Assembly: GCA_965248925.1 (NCBI GenBank)
Contig: CBDFLE010000005.1
Span: 1,472,001-1,536,000, forward strand
Direction: 5' to 3'
Length of the DNA stretch: 64,000 nt
From: Candidatus Multivoradales bacterium
GTDB taxonomy: Bacteria; Acidobacteriota; Thermoanaerobaculia; Multivoradales; J023
Shown here: positions 59,301 to 64,000 of the stretch, in pieces
How the letters are laid out: every line of letters starts with the position of its first letter
Numbering within the stretch: the stretch's first letter is position 1
Notes under the pieces: model-generated
What the model saw: only the letters and a program-made list of their open reading frames with translations
Told to the model about the DNA's origin: nothing
Databases searched by the model: none
Made by a program: the position numbers and the translations under genes

Positions 59301-61742
59301 GGTCCAGGTCGCCGCACACTCAGCGAGAGCTTGCTCGCCACCAAACGCGGTCAGGCGCACCGAGGCCGGAAACTCCACCACACCTGCCGCAACAGCAAAG
59401 GAAAGCTCGTGCCAATAAGCCGTAGGCAGGATCAAGACGGTGATCGCATGGGCCTCGAGAGCGGCAAAGAAATCGCTGGTAGAGCGCAGCATCGATGTTT
59501 CGCGTAGCACCAAGACAGCACCCTGTTGCAGGGTAGAGAAGATCTCCTCGATGCAGGAGTCAAAGCTAATCGAAGAGAATTGCAGCACCCGATCCGAGGA
59601 TTTGATCCCATAGCTTCGTATCACCGACTCGGTGTAGTGGGCCAAGCCGCGGTGGGTTGTCATCACCCCTTTGGGTTGGCCGGTAGAGCCAGACGTGTAG
59701 ACTATGTAGGCTAGATTGTCGGCCGTGACTGCAACCCGCGGTGCCACCGAGCCACCCGCAGCGACCGACGACCAGCCACAGTCGAGACAAAGTCGAGGGC
59801 AGGCCAGCCTCGCGAAGCTGTGCTCCAGTTGTTCCTCGGTCAGCAGCACCGAGCAACGAGAATCTTCAGCCATGAAGAGCAAACGATCCTGCGGATACGC
59901 GGGATCAAGCGGCACAAAAGCTCCCCCTGCCTTGAGGATCCCCAGGACCCCGACGATCAGCTCCAGGGAGTGGTGCAGGCAGATACCTACCAACACGTCG
60001 GGTCCCACTCCGAGTTTGCGCAAGTAGTTTGCCAGCTGATTGCCACGGCGATCGAGCTCGCCGTAGCTCAGCTGCCGACCACGGTAGCTCACCGCCACGG
60101 CCTCCGGGGTGGCCAAGGCCTGAGCCTCTAGCAAGCTGACTTCTGAGATTTCACCCCAACCTCGCCAGCGCGGCCCTTCCCGCCATTCGTAGACCAGCTG
60201 ATGGGTCTCCTCGGCGGACAGCAGGGCGAGCCGCGACAGGGGCTGGTCTGGGTTGGTCAGGCAGCTCTCGAGGAGAATCTCGAAGCGCCGCGCAAACCGC
60301 TTCCCGGTCAGCGGTGCGAACAGGTCGGCTGCAAAGTGGAAGCTCGCTTCCAGGCCGTCTGCCCGCTTCCACATCTGCAGATCGAGGTCATACATCGAAG
60401 CCTCGAGTTCGGTCGTCACCTGTTCCAGGCGCAGAGCCGGCTGGCCCTGGTCCCAACGCTCTTCAGCGGTGAAAGCAAAGCCGGCTTGAAATACCGGGTT
60501 GCGACTCGGATCCCGCTCAATACCGAGGTGCTCGACCACCTTGTCGAAGGACAGATCCTGGTGGCTCCTGGCGGCGATGACTACATTTGCCACGCGTCGA
60601 ATCAGCCGGCGAAAATTCAGCTCGCCCCCGAGGTCGGTACGCAACGCCAGGACATCGACAAAGAAGCCCATGACCTGTTCTAGAACCTGACGGCTACGAT
60701 TCGAGCTGGGGATGCCGACCACCAAGTCCTGCTGCCCCGACTGGCGGTAGAGAAAGACCTTGAACAGCGCCAACAGGGCAATAAAGAGAGTCGCCCCTTC
60801 GCCAGCCGCCAGAGCCTCCATCGCCTCCATCCGTCCGCTGCTTATCCAGATCGAGCAATGAACCCCGCGTGAGCTGCGCCGCGACGGCCGGGCCCAGTCG
60901 GTGGGCAACTCGAGAGCGACCGGCGCTCCCTGCAAACACTGACGCCAAAACTCGACGCCGCGTTCAAGCACCGCGCCCTGCAGGCGCTGGCGCTGCCAAA
61001 AAGCGTAGTCGGCGTACTGTAGCGGCGGTTCGGGCAGGACCAGCGCTCGTCCCCGGGAGAACGCTTGGAAAAAAGCCCCGAGTTCCTTCATAAAAATATT
61101 CAACGACTCGTCATCGGTGAGGATGTGGTGCGTATTTACGAGCAACAGGTGTTCGCCGCTCAGCAGTACCACCGTAACCCGCCAGGGCGGAGCCGCACCC
61201 AAGTCGAAAGGACGTCGGGCATGGGCCGAGGCCAACTGCCGGGCTTCAATTTCACCGTCGTCACCGGCCAGCATACTTAGATCGATCAGCGGCACAGGTA
61301 AGCGAAACGCCTCCACCACCACTTGCACCGGCTGCCCGTCGACCGCCGGAAAACGGCTGCGCAAAATCTCATGCCGCCGAATGACCGCGCCGAGACTCGC
61401 CTCGAGAGCCGCGAGCTGGAGCTGGCCACGGACCCGGAAGGTCAGAGGAATGTGGTAAACGGAGCTGGTGGGCTCCATCTGGTGCACCAACCACAGCCCC
61501 TCTTGACCGAAGGACAGCGGCAACGGTTCGCCGCGCGGCGCGCGCTCGATCGACTCCCCGCCCTGGCCATTTCCCTGCACCTGGCGCAGCAGATCCAGCA
61601 ACTCCAGCTTGGCGCTGGCCATCTGTTCGAGCAGCTCGCCGGTCATCGCGCCCTCAGGCGCCCGATAGCGCAACCGATCCTGGTCGGCCCAAATGCGGAT
61701 ATCCGCCTGCCGCAGTTTGGCAAGGAGTTCCAACGGCGTCAT
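41355..61742 (-). CDS. Six-module NRPS: TubC-N docking domain, (C-A-T)x6, C-domain stump, TE
   Basis: Six HHxxxD C domains, six YTSGSTG/FTSGSTG A domains, six (G/H)GHS carriers, TE GWSMG; no E or MT domains. Pocket codes read by eye against GrsA: DSEIAGTVVK, DIWEITADDK, DVFFIGGTFK, DAFFLGVTFK, DVFFIGGTFK, DVQFFAHVVK. Confidence 0.97.
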   Translation of the reverse strand: MTPLELLAKLRQADIRIWADQDRLRYRAPEGAMTGELLEQMASAKLELLDLLRQVQGNGQGGESIERAPRGEPLPLSFGQEGLWLVHQMEPTSSVYHIPLTFRVRGQLQLAALEASLGAVIRRHEILRSRFPAVDGQPVQVVVEAFRLPVPLIDLSMLAGDDGEIEARQLASAHARRPFDLGAAPPWRVTVVLLSGEHLLLVNTHHILTDDESLNIFMKELGAFFQAFSRGRALVLPEPPLQYADYAFWQRQRLQGAVLERGVEFWRQCLQGAPVALELPTDWARPSRRSSRGVHCSIWISSGRMEAMEALAAGEGATLFIALLALFKVFLYRQSGQQDLVVGIPSSNRSRQVLEQVMGFFVDVLALRTDLGGELNFRRLIRRVANVVIAARSHQDLSFDKVVEHLGIERDPSRNPVFQAGFAFTAEERWDQGQPALRLEQVTTELEASMYDLDLQMWKRADGLEASFHFAADLFAPLTGKRFARRFEILLESCLTNPDQPLSRLALLSAEETHQLVYEWREGPRWRGWGEISEVSLLEAQALATPEAVAVSYRGRQLSYGELDRRGNQLANYLRKLGVGPDVLVGICLHHSLELIVGVLGILKAGGAFVPLDPAYPQDRLLFMAEDSRCSVLLTEEQLEHSFARLACPRLCLDCGWSSVAAGGSVAPRVAVTADNLAYIVYTSGSTGQPKGVMTTHRGLAHYTESVIRSYGIKSSDRVLQFSSISFDSCIEEIFSTLQQGAVLVLRETSMLRSTSDFFAALEAHAITVLILPTAYWHELSFAVAAGVVEFPASVRLTAFGGEQALAECAATWTAATRGPTFNTYGPTETTVVVTRIDLQAISAEDRGRLPEVPIGRPLENTRCCVLDRELGLVPTGMAGELHVSSVQLARGYLRRPALSAEAFVPDPFSTLPGARLYRSGDMVRYLPDGHLVFLGRTDQQVKLRGFRIELGEIEVVLRQHPQVQDAVVIADNEIPANARLVAYVVPTAEPALSRAVLREFLETKLPAYMVPVAFVEIAGLPLQPNGKVHRAALPKPQWNVEEESSAAPRTPLEELLAGLWSELLRAERVGIHDNFFALGGHSLLASRAISRVQEKFRVELPLQTLFEQPTVAGFAKMVEEAQAHGRHLAQPELAPVARDQSLVLSFNQQRLWFLAELEPDNPAYNISTAVRLYGRLQEAPLRQALQEVVARHEALRTTFESTDGSPRQVVHDDLPMRLDQVDLRSLATVAGQLEIERRVVEEARTSFDLTTGPLFRATLLRLRDEEYAFLLTLHHIVSDGWSVGVLIEELTALYGALIAGRPSPLLPLAIQYPDYAHWQRGWLRGEVLEQHLSYWRQQLAGAPNVLELATDRPRPATQSFRGGHLRINLSQSLRQDLKALCRQRSVTRFMLLSAAFNALLHRHTGQQDICVGTPIAGRQRVESENMIGFFANTLVLRSQLHGESTFGDLIERSRQVVLDAYTYQDMPFEVLVEELQPQRSLSHSPLFQVMFADDVPQVAGRLPGIEMAPLEVANGTAKFDLTLFMGSAEEGLSAEVEFNSDLFDEVTVRRLLSHFQRLLGAVVEDPQQLLRELPLISAAERHQLLAEWNDSSEQFPQPRCLADLFAAQVERTPMAVAASCGGDRLSYRQLDQRADRLARALVLRGVAANVVVALLADRGLDLLTAILAVFKAGAAYLPLDPHHPVARQRLILDSSAAPLVLASDRYLPSLREALADDAVVGAPQLQGLESLLAEESAASKMRRKSSLSDLAYVIFTSGSTGVPKGAMVEQRGMVNHLFNKIEDLTLTAGDAVAQTASQCFDISVWQFFAPLLVGGRVAIFGDRITHDAGLLIEQLEVEQITIFETVPSLLQVLLGELQASTTASRLSRLRWLIPTGEALPPGLCQRWLETFPDIPLVNAYGPTECSDDVTHQLIREPREFGAAGVPIGRPLAKLRLYVLDRWLEPQPLGAAGELCVGGVGVGRGYLGESARTAAAFMPDRFAATAGARLYRTGDLGRYRVDGSIEFLDRVDYQVKIHGFRVELGEIEKVLGEQADVDQVLVLARESPGDRRLVAYVVSSAAPPPAVVELRKLALLKLPEYMVPAEFVFLTELPLTANGKVDRQALPEPDQRRSADQGSAAPRSGTEELVLKCFSRVLGVECPDIDGDFFALGGHSLLAVQLRSRLREAFKVEVPLRALFETPTARGLAQTIDAALLEAHDASLPLARLARNGEPLALSFAQRRLWFIDQMNPHSSAYNVPLVLGIAGHSDLAPVEQALAEIVRRHEVLRTRFEASGGLPRQVIAAAGHWRLPVVDLSALPAAWRRGVADRWVEEESGRPFTLSTGPLFRVLLLRLAPDDHILMLTTHHIISDGWSQEVLMRELAALHTAYSAGKASPLAELPVQYVDYSAWQQRWLEEGDLGAAQLAYWRQRLAGAPPLLELPTDRARPAVLSQRGAVLDLRLPQALSEALESLGQTQGATLYMVLLGAFMTLLMRYTSQRDICVGTPVSGRHRSQLEGLIGFFVNTLVVRTEVADELGFRQLLAGVREATLGALNHQDLPFERLVDELAPQRSLSYSPLFQVAFSLHRSILRTAAIPGLQTYPVEFAWKTSKWDLSLNLEEGQEGLSGGLEYNVDLFDEVTIQRLAGHLRVLLDGVVSDPERQLWQLPLLPASEQAQLVAWSDTATVYPREASLPELFAVQALAHPQAVAVAYEDQFLSYGALDGAANQLARYLRRRGVEAGTLVGLYAARSPRMIVAMLAILKAGGAYVPLDLAYPATRLGLMLEDSGVEIVLSETAVASELPAFSGKVICLDTAPEVEQEKTASLEPLAAAESLAYVMYTSGSTGRPKGVAVPQQAITRLLVATNYLQLVGDERIAQGCNTSFDVATFEIWGALLHGGAVVGIAQQTLVSPALLAAELRAKKITTLFLTAAVFDQVGQELPGAFRGMRQVIFGGEAADPRWVRAVLDHQDRPRQLINGYGPTESTTFAVCHRLDHLEESATAVPIGVPISNSRVHLVDEYLRWGPIGVPGELLIAGDGLAQGYFGRPALTAAVFVPDPFATAPGGRLYRTGDRARYRAEGEIDFLGRFDHQVKIRGFRIELGEIEAVLGEQAGVEQVLVVARETPAGLRLAAYVVSAAPTAPTAAELRQLARLKLPEYMVPPDYVFLAELPLNANGKVDRKALPEPDEIGLIASERVAPRSVTETTVVECFSEILGVDCQGIDDDFFTLGGHSLLATRMISRLGDVLGVEIALQTLFETPTARGLAQTIDAALLEAHDASLPLARLARNGEPLALSFAQRRLWFIDQMNPHSSAYNVPLVLGIAGHSDLAPVEQALAEIVRRHEVLRTRFEASGGLPRQVIAAAGRWRLPVVDLSALPAAWRRGVADRWVEEESGRPFTLSTGPLFRVLLLRLAPDDHILMLTTHHIISDGWSQEVLMRELAALHTAYSAGKASPLAELPVQYADYAAWQQRWLEEGDLGAAQLAYWRQRLAAAPPLLELPADRARPAVLSQRGAVLDLRLPRALSEALESLGQTQGATLYMVFLGAFMTLLMRYTSQRDICVGTPVSGRHRSQLEGLIGFFVNTLVVRTEVADELGFRQLLAGVREATLGALSHQDLPFERLVDELAPQRSLSYSPLFQVAFSLHRSILRTAAIPGLQTYPVEFAWKTSKWDLSLSLEEGQEGLSGGLEYNVDLFDEVTIQRLAGHLRVLLDGVVSDPERQLWQLPLLPASEQAQLVAWSETATAYPREASLPELFAVQALIHPQAVAVAYEDQVLSYRALDGAANQLARYLRRRGVEAGTLVGLYAGRSPQMIVAMLAILKAGGAYVPLDLAYPAARLGLMLEDSGVEIVLSETAVASELPAFSGKVICLDTAPEVEQEKTAPLEPLAAAESLAYVMYTSGSTGRPKGVAVPQQAIARLLVATNYLQLVGDERVAQASNTSFDAASFEIWGALLHGGAVVGIAQQTLISPTLLAAELRAKRITTLFLTTAVFHQIGSEAPGALAGLRQVLFGGEAIDPRWVRAVLGAGSPEHLLHVYGPTESTTFASWQRVEEVPAEATTVAIGRALANSTLEVVDRHSGRVPMGVAGELLIGGDGLAWGYFRRPTLTAEKFVPNPFSSQPGGRLYHTGDRVCYRAGGAVEFLGRFDHQVKIRGFRIELGEIEAVLGEQAGVEQVLVMARETPAGLRLAAYVVSAAPTAPTAAELRQLARLKLPEYMVPPDYVFLAELPLNANGKVDRKALPEPDEIGLIASERVAPRSVTETTVVECFSEILGVDCQGIDDDFFTLGGHSLLATRMISRLGDVLGVEIALQTLFETPTARGLAQTIDAALLEAHDASLPLARLARNGEPLALSFAQRRLWFIDQMNPHSSAYNVPLVLGIAGHSDLAPVEQALAEIVRRHEVLRTRFEASGGLPRQVVAAAGRWRLPVVDLSALPAAWRRGVADRWVEEESGRPFTLSTGPLFRVLLLRLAPDDHILMLTTHHIISDGWSQEVLMRELAALHTAYSAGKASPLAELPVQYVDYSAWQQRWLEEGDLGAAQLAYWRQRLAGAPPLLELPTDRARPAVLSQRGAVLDLRLPQALSEALESLGQTQGATLYMVLLGAFMTLLMRYTSQRDICVGTPVSGRHRSQLEGLIGFFVNTLVVRTEVADELGFRQLLAGVREATLGALNHQDLPFERLVDELAPQRSLSYSPLFQVAFSLHRSILRTAAIPGLQTYPVEFAWKTSKWDLSLNLEEGQEGLSGGLEYNVDLFDEVTIQRLAGHLRVLLDGVVSDPERQLWQLPLLPASEQAQLVAWSDTATVYPREASLPELFAVQALAHPQAVAVAYEDQFLSYGALDGAANQLARYLRRRGVEAGTLVGLYAARSPRMIVAMLAILKAGGAYVPLDLAYPATRLGLMLEDSGVEIVLSETAVASELPAFSGKVICLDTAPEVEQEKTASLEPLAAAESLAYVMYTSGSTGRPKGVAVPQQAITRLLVATNYLQLVGDERIAQGCNTSFDVATFEIWGALLHGGAVVGIAQQTLVSPALLAAELRAKKITTLFLTAAVFDQVGQELPGAFRGMRQVIFGGEAADPRWVRAVLDHQDRPRQLINGYGPTESTTFAVCHRLDHLEESATAVPIGVPISNSRVHLVDEYLRWGPIGVPGELLIAGDGLAQGYFGRPALTAAVFVPDPFATAPGGRLYRTGDRARYRAEGEIDFLGRFDHQVKIRGFRIELGEIEAVLGEQAGVEQVLVVARETPAGLRLAAYVVSAAPTAPTAAELRQLARLKLPEYMVPPDYVFLAELPLNANSKVDRKALPEPQKRSAKDGDFTAPRTPIEELLSNIWCELLGQKQCDIDLSFFELGGHSLLATQLISRLQASLGLELQLRTLFEESTIRQLGAVIDTELRGDSANVEPINRAPREGELPLSYAQQRLWFLHQLMPDSPAYNMPLALRLEGRLMIAALERAFVEVLQRHESLRTTFFLGAAGPAQVITRLGPWRLPLVDLADLSPEDREVETGRLVGEEAALLFDLTSGPLIRTRMLRQAAERHVLLITLHHVISDGWSMGLLSQELGELYSAYSTGQDSPLAKLPVQYVDFAAWQRQWLEGGPAEVQLKYWRHKLADAPPLLELPTDRPRPALQSLRGGTLGFELSVAVTEALEALGRRCGATLYMVILAAFQTLLMRISRQQDIVVGSPIAGRSRLEIEPLIGFFVNTLVLRSDLSGNPSFEAFLANVRAVALEAFAHQDLPFEWLVEELQPERALSYSPLFQVMLAFQNLPSAPTAVGDLEIEDFDSEQTTARFDLLLSMTEDAGRMRGVLEYSSELFDGTTVERYIEYFQRLLLAIATTPERSLLRFDLLSKAERQQIVEWNDTGDGWPPTGTLTELFQQQVQRQPEAIAAIFAAARLSYGELDRQANRLAHKLASLGVGPDVVVGIMAERSLEMMIAVLAVLKAGGAYLPLDPSYPEERLAFMIEDAEVTALLTQQRLLVRLPPLSCELLCLDRDRGSWAAMPAKDPRTVSLADSLAYVIYTSGSTGRPKGVAMPQGALVNLIRWQLSQSRFGGGLTLQFASLSFDVSVQEIFSTWCAGGTLVLVDEQLRRDTPNLLERMNQQPVERMFLPFVALQQMAEAAVQRKRIPRALRETFIAGEQLRLTTAVREFFRRQKLSTLNNHYGPTEGHVVTSWTDSNPASCTETLPPIGCAIDHTKIYLCDSLGAQAPAGVPGELLIGGVALARGYLDRPAFTATSFVPDRFSVEAGERLYRTGDLARWRASGEIDFLRRIDQQVKVRGFRIEPGEIDTALEAHPRVCEAVAAILPDGPTTSRLIAYLVVSGDGEFDPAELPRFLAKSLPDYMIPQTFVELQALPLTPSGKIDRRSLPTPQSGLQERDTTAPRTMVERLLVGMWRRLLVLKSVGIHEDFFDLHGHSLIAPQVMLRIHETFAVDLPLIDLFDTPTIAGLAEKVEAFLARGETAQGSAAEQSHQIFGQHRLWFMDYLQPGSAEYKVGMVVHEEGTSNIRALYEVIRMALKCQLEQQATVAGDTTSPLMCLQNGGSRPPLFCVHPTGGEIFCYARLARLLGREGPFYGLRDTSIEGKAATTTIEGMAQRYAGEIRKVQSHGPYFLSGWSMGGFIAFEMARQIEAAGGEVAFLGLIDSKIWVLQEMAQLKGLSRLVSFGQQLGLDESQRKFLSRTKGNLKTVEEAMPRFQATLTRAGHLPSSVTLSQLKELYVNFERHVDALSQFCPSSYAGKLDLFLAEKRTRMEPKDLDGGWQGLAAELEVHLVQGDHFSIVREPDVIPLANILGQRLQLAGDLLSVARNSK
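45874..55205. repeat. Intragenic tandem triplication of an NRPS module (units 45874-49056, 49057-52236, 52237-55205)
   Basis: Identical sequence, and identical spurious ORFs, recur at offsets of 3183, 3180 and 6363 bp. Confidence 0.95.
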
Positions 61743-64000
61743 AGCGTGCCCTCTTTCATCCCCGCCGGCAGAGCCAAATCTGCTTTTTCGGCGTCTGCTT
61801 GCGCAGCCCAGCGCAGAGTCTCGATAATCTCCGCCTGCTCCGCGACGGTGGGCAACTCGAATAGAGAGCGCAGGGGCAACTCCACTCCGAAAGTCTCTCG
61901 CAGACGCGAGAACAGCTGGGTGCCGAGCAGCGAATGCCCACCGAGTTCGAAGAAGCTATCGTGCCGGCCAACTCCCTCGATCGCCAGCAGCGACTCCCAG
62001 ATAGCGGCGATGCTGCGCTCGCTGTCACCGTCAGGGGCAACGAAAACAGTCACCAATTCCGGGCGCGGATGGCGGTCAGCTCCGCCAGTATCATCGCGGG
62101 CATCCTGGAGCTTCACCCATTGATCGAATCTGGCCCGCAAATCGCCTGTCGATTGGATGATCTGAGAGACCCCATCGATGCTGGCAATCAGGCGCTGAAA
62201 GACTTCCCAGCCTTCCTCCGGCAACATCTCGAAGCGGGCGAGAGTCCTGCCCATGATCTCGTGTTGAGCTTCGTCAAGTTGCCAGGAATCCCAGTTGACC
62301 GAGATCCAGGGCTGCGTTGACGAACGGTTGTGCGCGTGGCAGAAAGCATCCATGAAGAGATTCGCCGCGGCGTAGCCTGCCAGGCCCAACCCGCCGAGGA
62401 CCGAAGACAGAGACGACATCAGCAGACAGAAATCGAGCTGCCGATCCGCCAGCAACTGCTGCAGCACGTAGAGACCATGGACCTTTGGCTGGAAATGGCT
62501 CTCGCAAACTTCGCGCCCGATCTGCGCCACCGCTTGGAAGGAAGCCCCGTCAGTAATACCCGCGGCATGGATCACGCCGTGCAGCGTACTGAAACGTTCG
62601 TCGACCTGGCCTAGCACTATGCGCATCTGCTCCGCGTCAGCCACGTCGGCTTGAAGCAAGAGAATTTCGGCTCCTTGGGACTGCAAAGTCGCTATCGCCT
62701 GGATTCTCTGGCTGGTCGGATCCTCCTCAGCATGAGCCGCCAGCCATTGCGGCCATTCATCTTGGGCTGGCAATCCCGAGCGGCCCAGCAACACCAGGCG
62801 TGCTTCGTAGTCGCGAACCAAGCGGTGGGCGAGCTGCAAGCCAACCCCGCCTAGCCCACCGGTAATCAGGTAGACCCCTCTCCGACGCAGCCTTGGAGTG
62901 GGCTTGGGAGCGCCTTCCAAGCGCACCGGCTCGAAGCTCTGAACCCAACGCTGGGCATCGCGATAGGCCACCGTGAGCTCATCTGTTGGCGCCAGGAGTT
63001 CAGCCGTCAAACACTGCACCAGCCGCCCCTCTAGCGGCGTGCCAGCCGCCGGTAGCACGAGGTCGAAACTGCGGCAGGTGACATTTAGGTATTCCTGGGG
63101 TATCACCCGCACGGCGGCGAGTACCGTCGCCTTCTCCGGCTCAAGTTCCTCACTTGCGGTCACCGATTGCACCCCGCCCGACAGCAGATGCAGGTCGAGC
63201 GGCGCGTTGCTGCCGCTTTGGCCGATCGCCCGAGTCAGCCGGAGCAGGCTGTAGAAACCAACTTCCTGGGCGCTGGCGAAGCGGTCGGCAAAGTCATCCA
63301 CCGCCGCTGCCGAATCGAGAAGCCAGGCGTGAAGAATCGATCCGGGAAATGTATCGAGCGCTGCGAACAGCTCGCTATAGTTCTCCGGCGATCGCGGCTC
63401 GACGACGAAACGAGTTGGCGAGAGCTGCCTAAAAGCCTGCCCACGCTGCACAGTGACGACCCTGCAACCCCGTTCTTCGAGGCCCACCACCAGCTTTTGG
63501 GTGAATTCGCAGCCGTCGCTGAAGACCAGCCAATCGCGGTCCGCCGCCGCTACCTCGAGCGGCGCTTGGGGGGGCAACGAGGACTTCCAGCCGGGCAAAT
63601 AGAACCAATCACTGATATCAGGTTTCTTGCCCTCGTCGACCCATTGCGAGCGGCTAGCTCCGGGGGGGGTTGAAGGCTCGATCCAGTAGCGCTGACGGGT
63701 GAAGGCGTAGGTTGGCAGCGGCACCCGATGGCGACTCTCGTCGACGTAGAGGCGTTGCCAGTCGACCCTCGCCCCCGCCATCCACAGCCGGCCCAAGGCA
63801 CTCAGCAGCTGAGCCTGATCGGCCCGCCGTTCGTGCACATGCCGCATCGACGCCACCACCGCTTGGTCGCGGCCACTGTGCTGGCGCACCAGGGTCCCCA
63901 GAGTTTGGCCCGGACCAACTTCCAGATAGATCCTCTTGGGCTCAGCCAACAGGGTCTCTAAACCTTTGGCCAAACGCACCGTGCGGTACAGATGCCGCGC
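61739..64000 (-). CDS. Type I PKS module, 3' part (end of AT, KR, carrier protein, C-terminal docking motif); begins beyond the window
   Basis: LEVGPGQTL, LPTYAF, KR YLITGGLGGVG...HAAG...YAAAN, carrier FFELGGHSL; stop overlaps the NRPS ATG. Confidence 0.94.
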   Translation of the reverse strand, partial: ARHLYRTVRLAKGLETLLAEPKRIYLEVGPGQTLGTLVRQHSGRDQAVVASMRHVHERRADQAQLLSALGRLWMAGARVDWQRLYVDESRHRVPLPTYAFTRQRYWIEPSTPPGASRSQWVDEGKKPDISDWFYLPGWKSSLPPQAPLEVAAADRDWLVFSDGCEFTQKLVVGLEERGCRVVTVQRGQAFRQLSPTRFVVEPRSPENYSELFAALDTFPGSILHAWLLDSAAAVDDFADRFASAQEVGFYSLLRLTRAIGQSGSNAPLDLHLLSGGVQSVTASEELEPEKATVLAAVRVIPQEYLNVTCRSFDLVLPAAGTPLEGRLVQCLTAELLAPTDELTVAYRDAQRWVQSFEPVRLEGAPKPTPRLRRRGVYLITGGLGGVGLQLAHRLVRDYEARLVLLGRSGLPAQDEWPQWLAAHAEEDPTSQRIQAIATLQSQGAEILLLQADVADAEQMRIVLGQVDERFSTLHGVIHAAGITDGASFQAVAQIGREVCESHFQPKVHGLYVLQQLLADRQLDFCLLMSSLSSVLGGLGLAGYAAANLFMDAFCHAHNRSSTQPWISVNWDSWQLDEAQHEIMGRTLARFEMLPEEGWEVFQRLIASIDGVSQIIQSTGDLRARFDQWVKLQDARDDTGGADRHPRPELVTVFVAPDGDSERSIAAIWESLLAIEGVGRHDSFFELGGHSLLGTQLFSRLRETFGVELPLRSLFELPTVAEQAEIIETLRWAAQADAEKADLALPAGMKEGTL

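Overview
High-GC bacterial DNA. An ADOP-type permease, a secreted CHAT protein and carboxypeptidase-regulatory-repeat proteins suggest Acidobacteriota (inference). From 1 to 36 kb the window is mostly chromosomal backbone: EamA transporter, ABC1/UbiB kinase, PhaR-like regulator, a tandem ArsA/Get3-like ATPase pair, LysE, hemL, thiO-like oxidase, ferredoxin, O-antigen ligase-like protein, ALDH7, two secreted proteins, a GbsR-led classical menaquinone operon (polyprenyl synthase-menG-F-D-H-B-A-C-E, no menI) and htpG. Embedded at 2.6-8.4 kb is a translationally coupled operon of an ECF sigma factor, a zinc anti-sigma factor and an exported, membrane-anchored CHAT (caspase-like) protease. Divergent from it lie a secreted beta-rich protein and a decaying S8 protease locus. 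From 36 kb to the end is the 3' part of a hybrid PKS-NRPS cluster: a partial type I PKS, a 6-module 6795-aa NRPS predicted to add Lys-like, Dab, Val, Ile, Val and Pro-like residues, a SyrD/PvdE-type exporter, an APH-family kinase and an ADOP permease. The NRPS shows its own evolution: a near-identical ~3.18-kb module triplication, an A-domain pocket swap in the middle copy, and the stump of a deleted seventh module. No rRNA, tRNA, CRISPR array or transposase was recognised.
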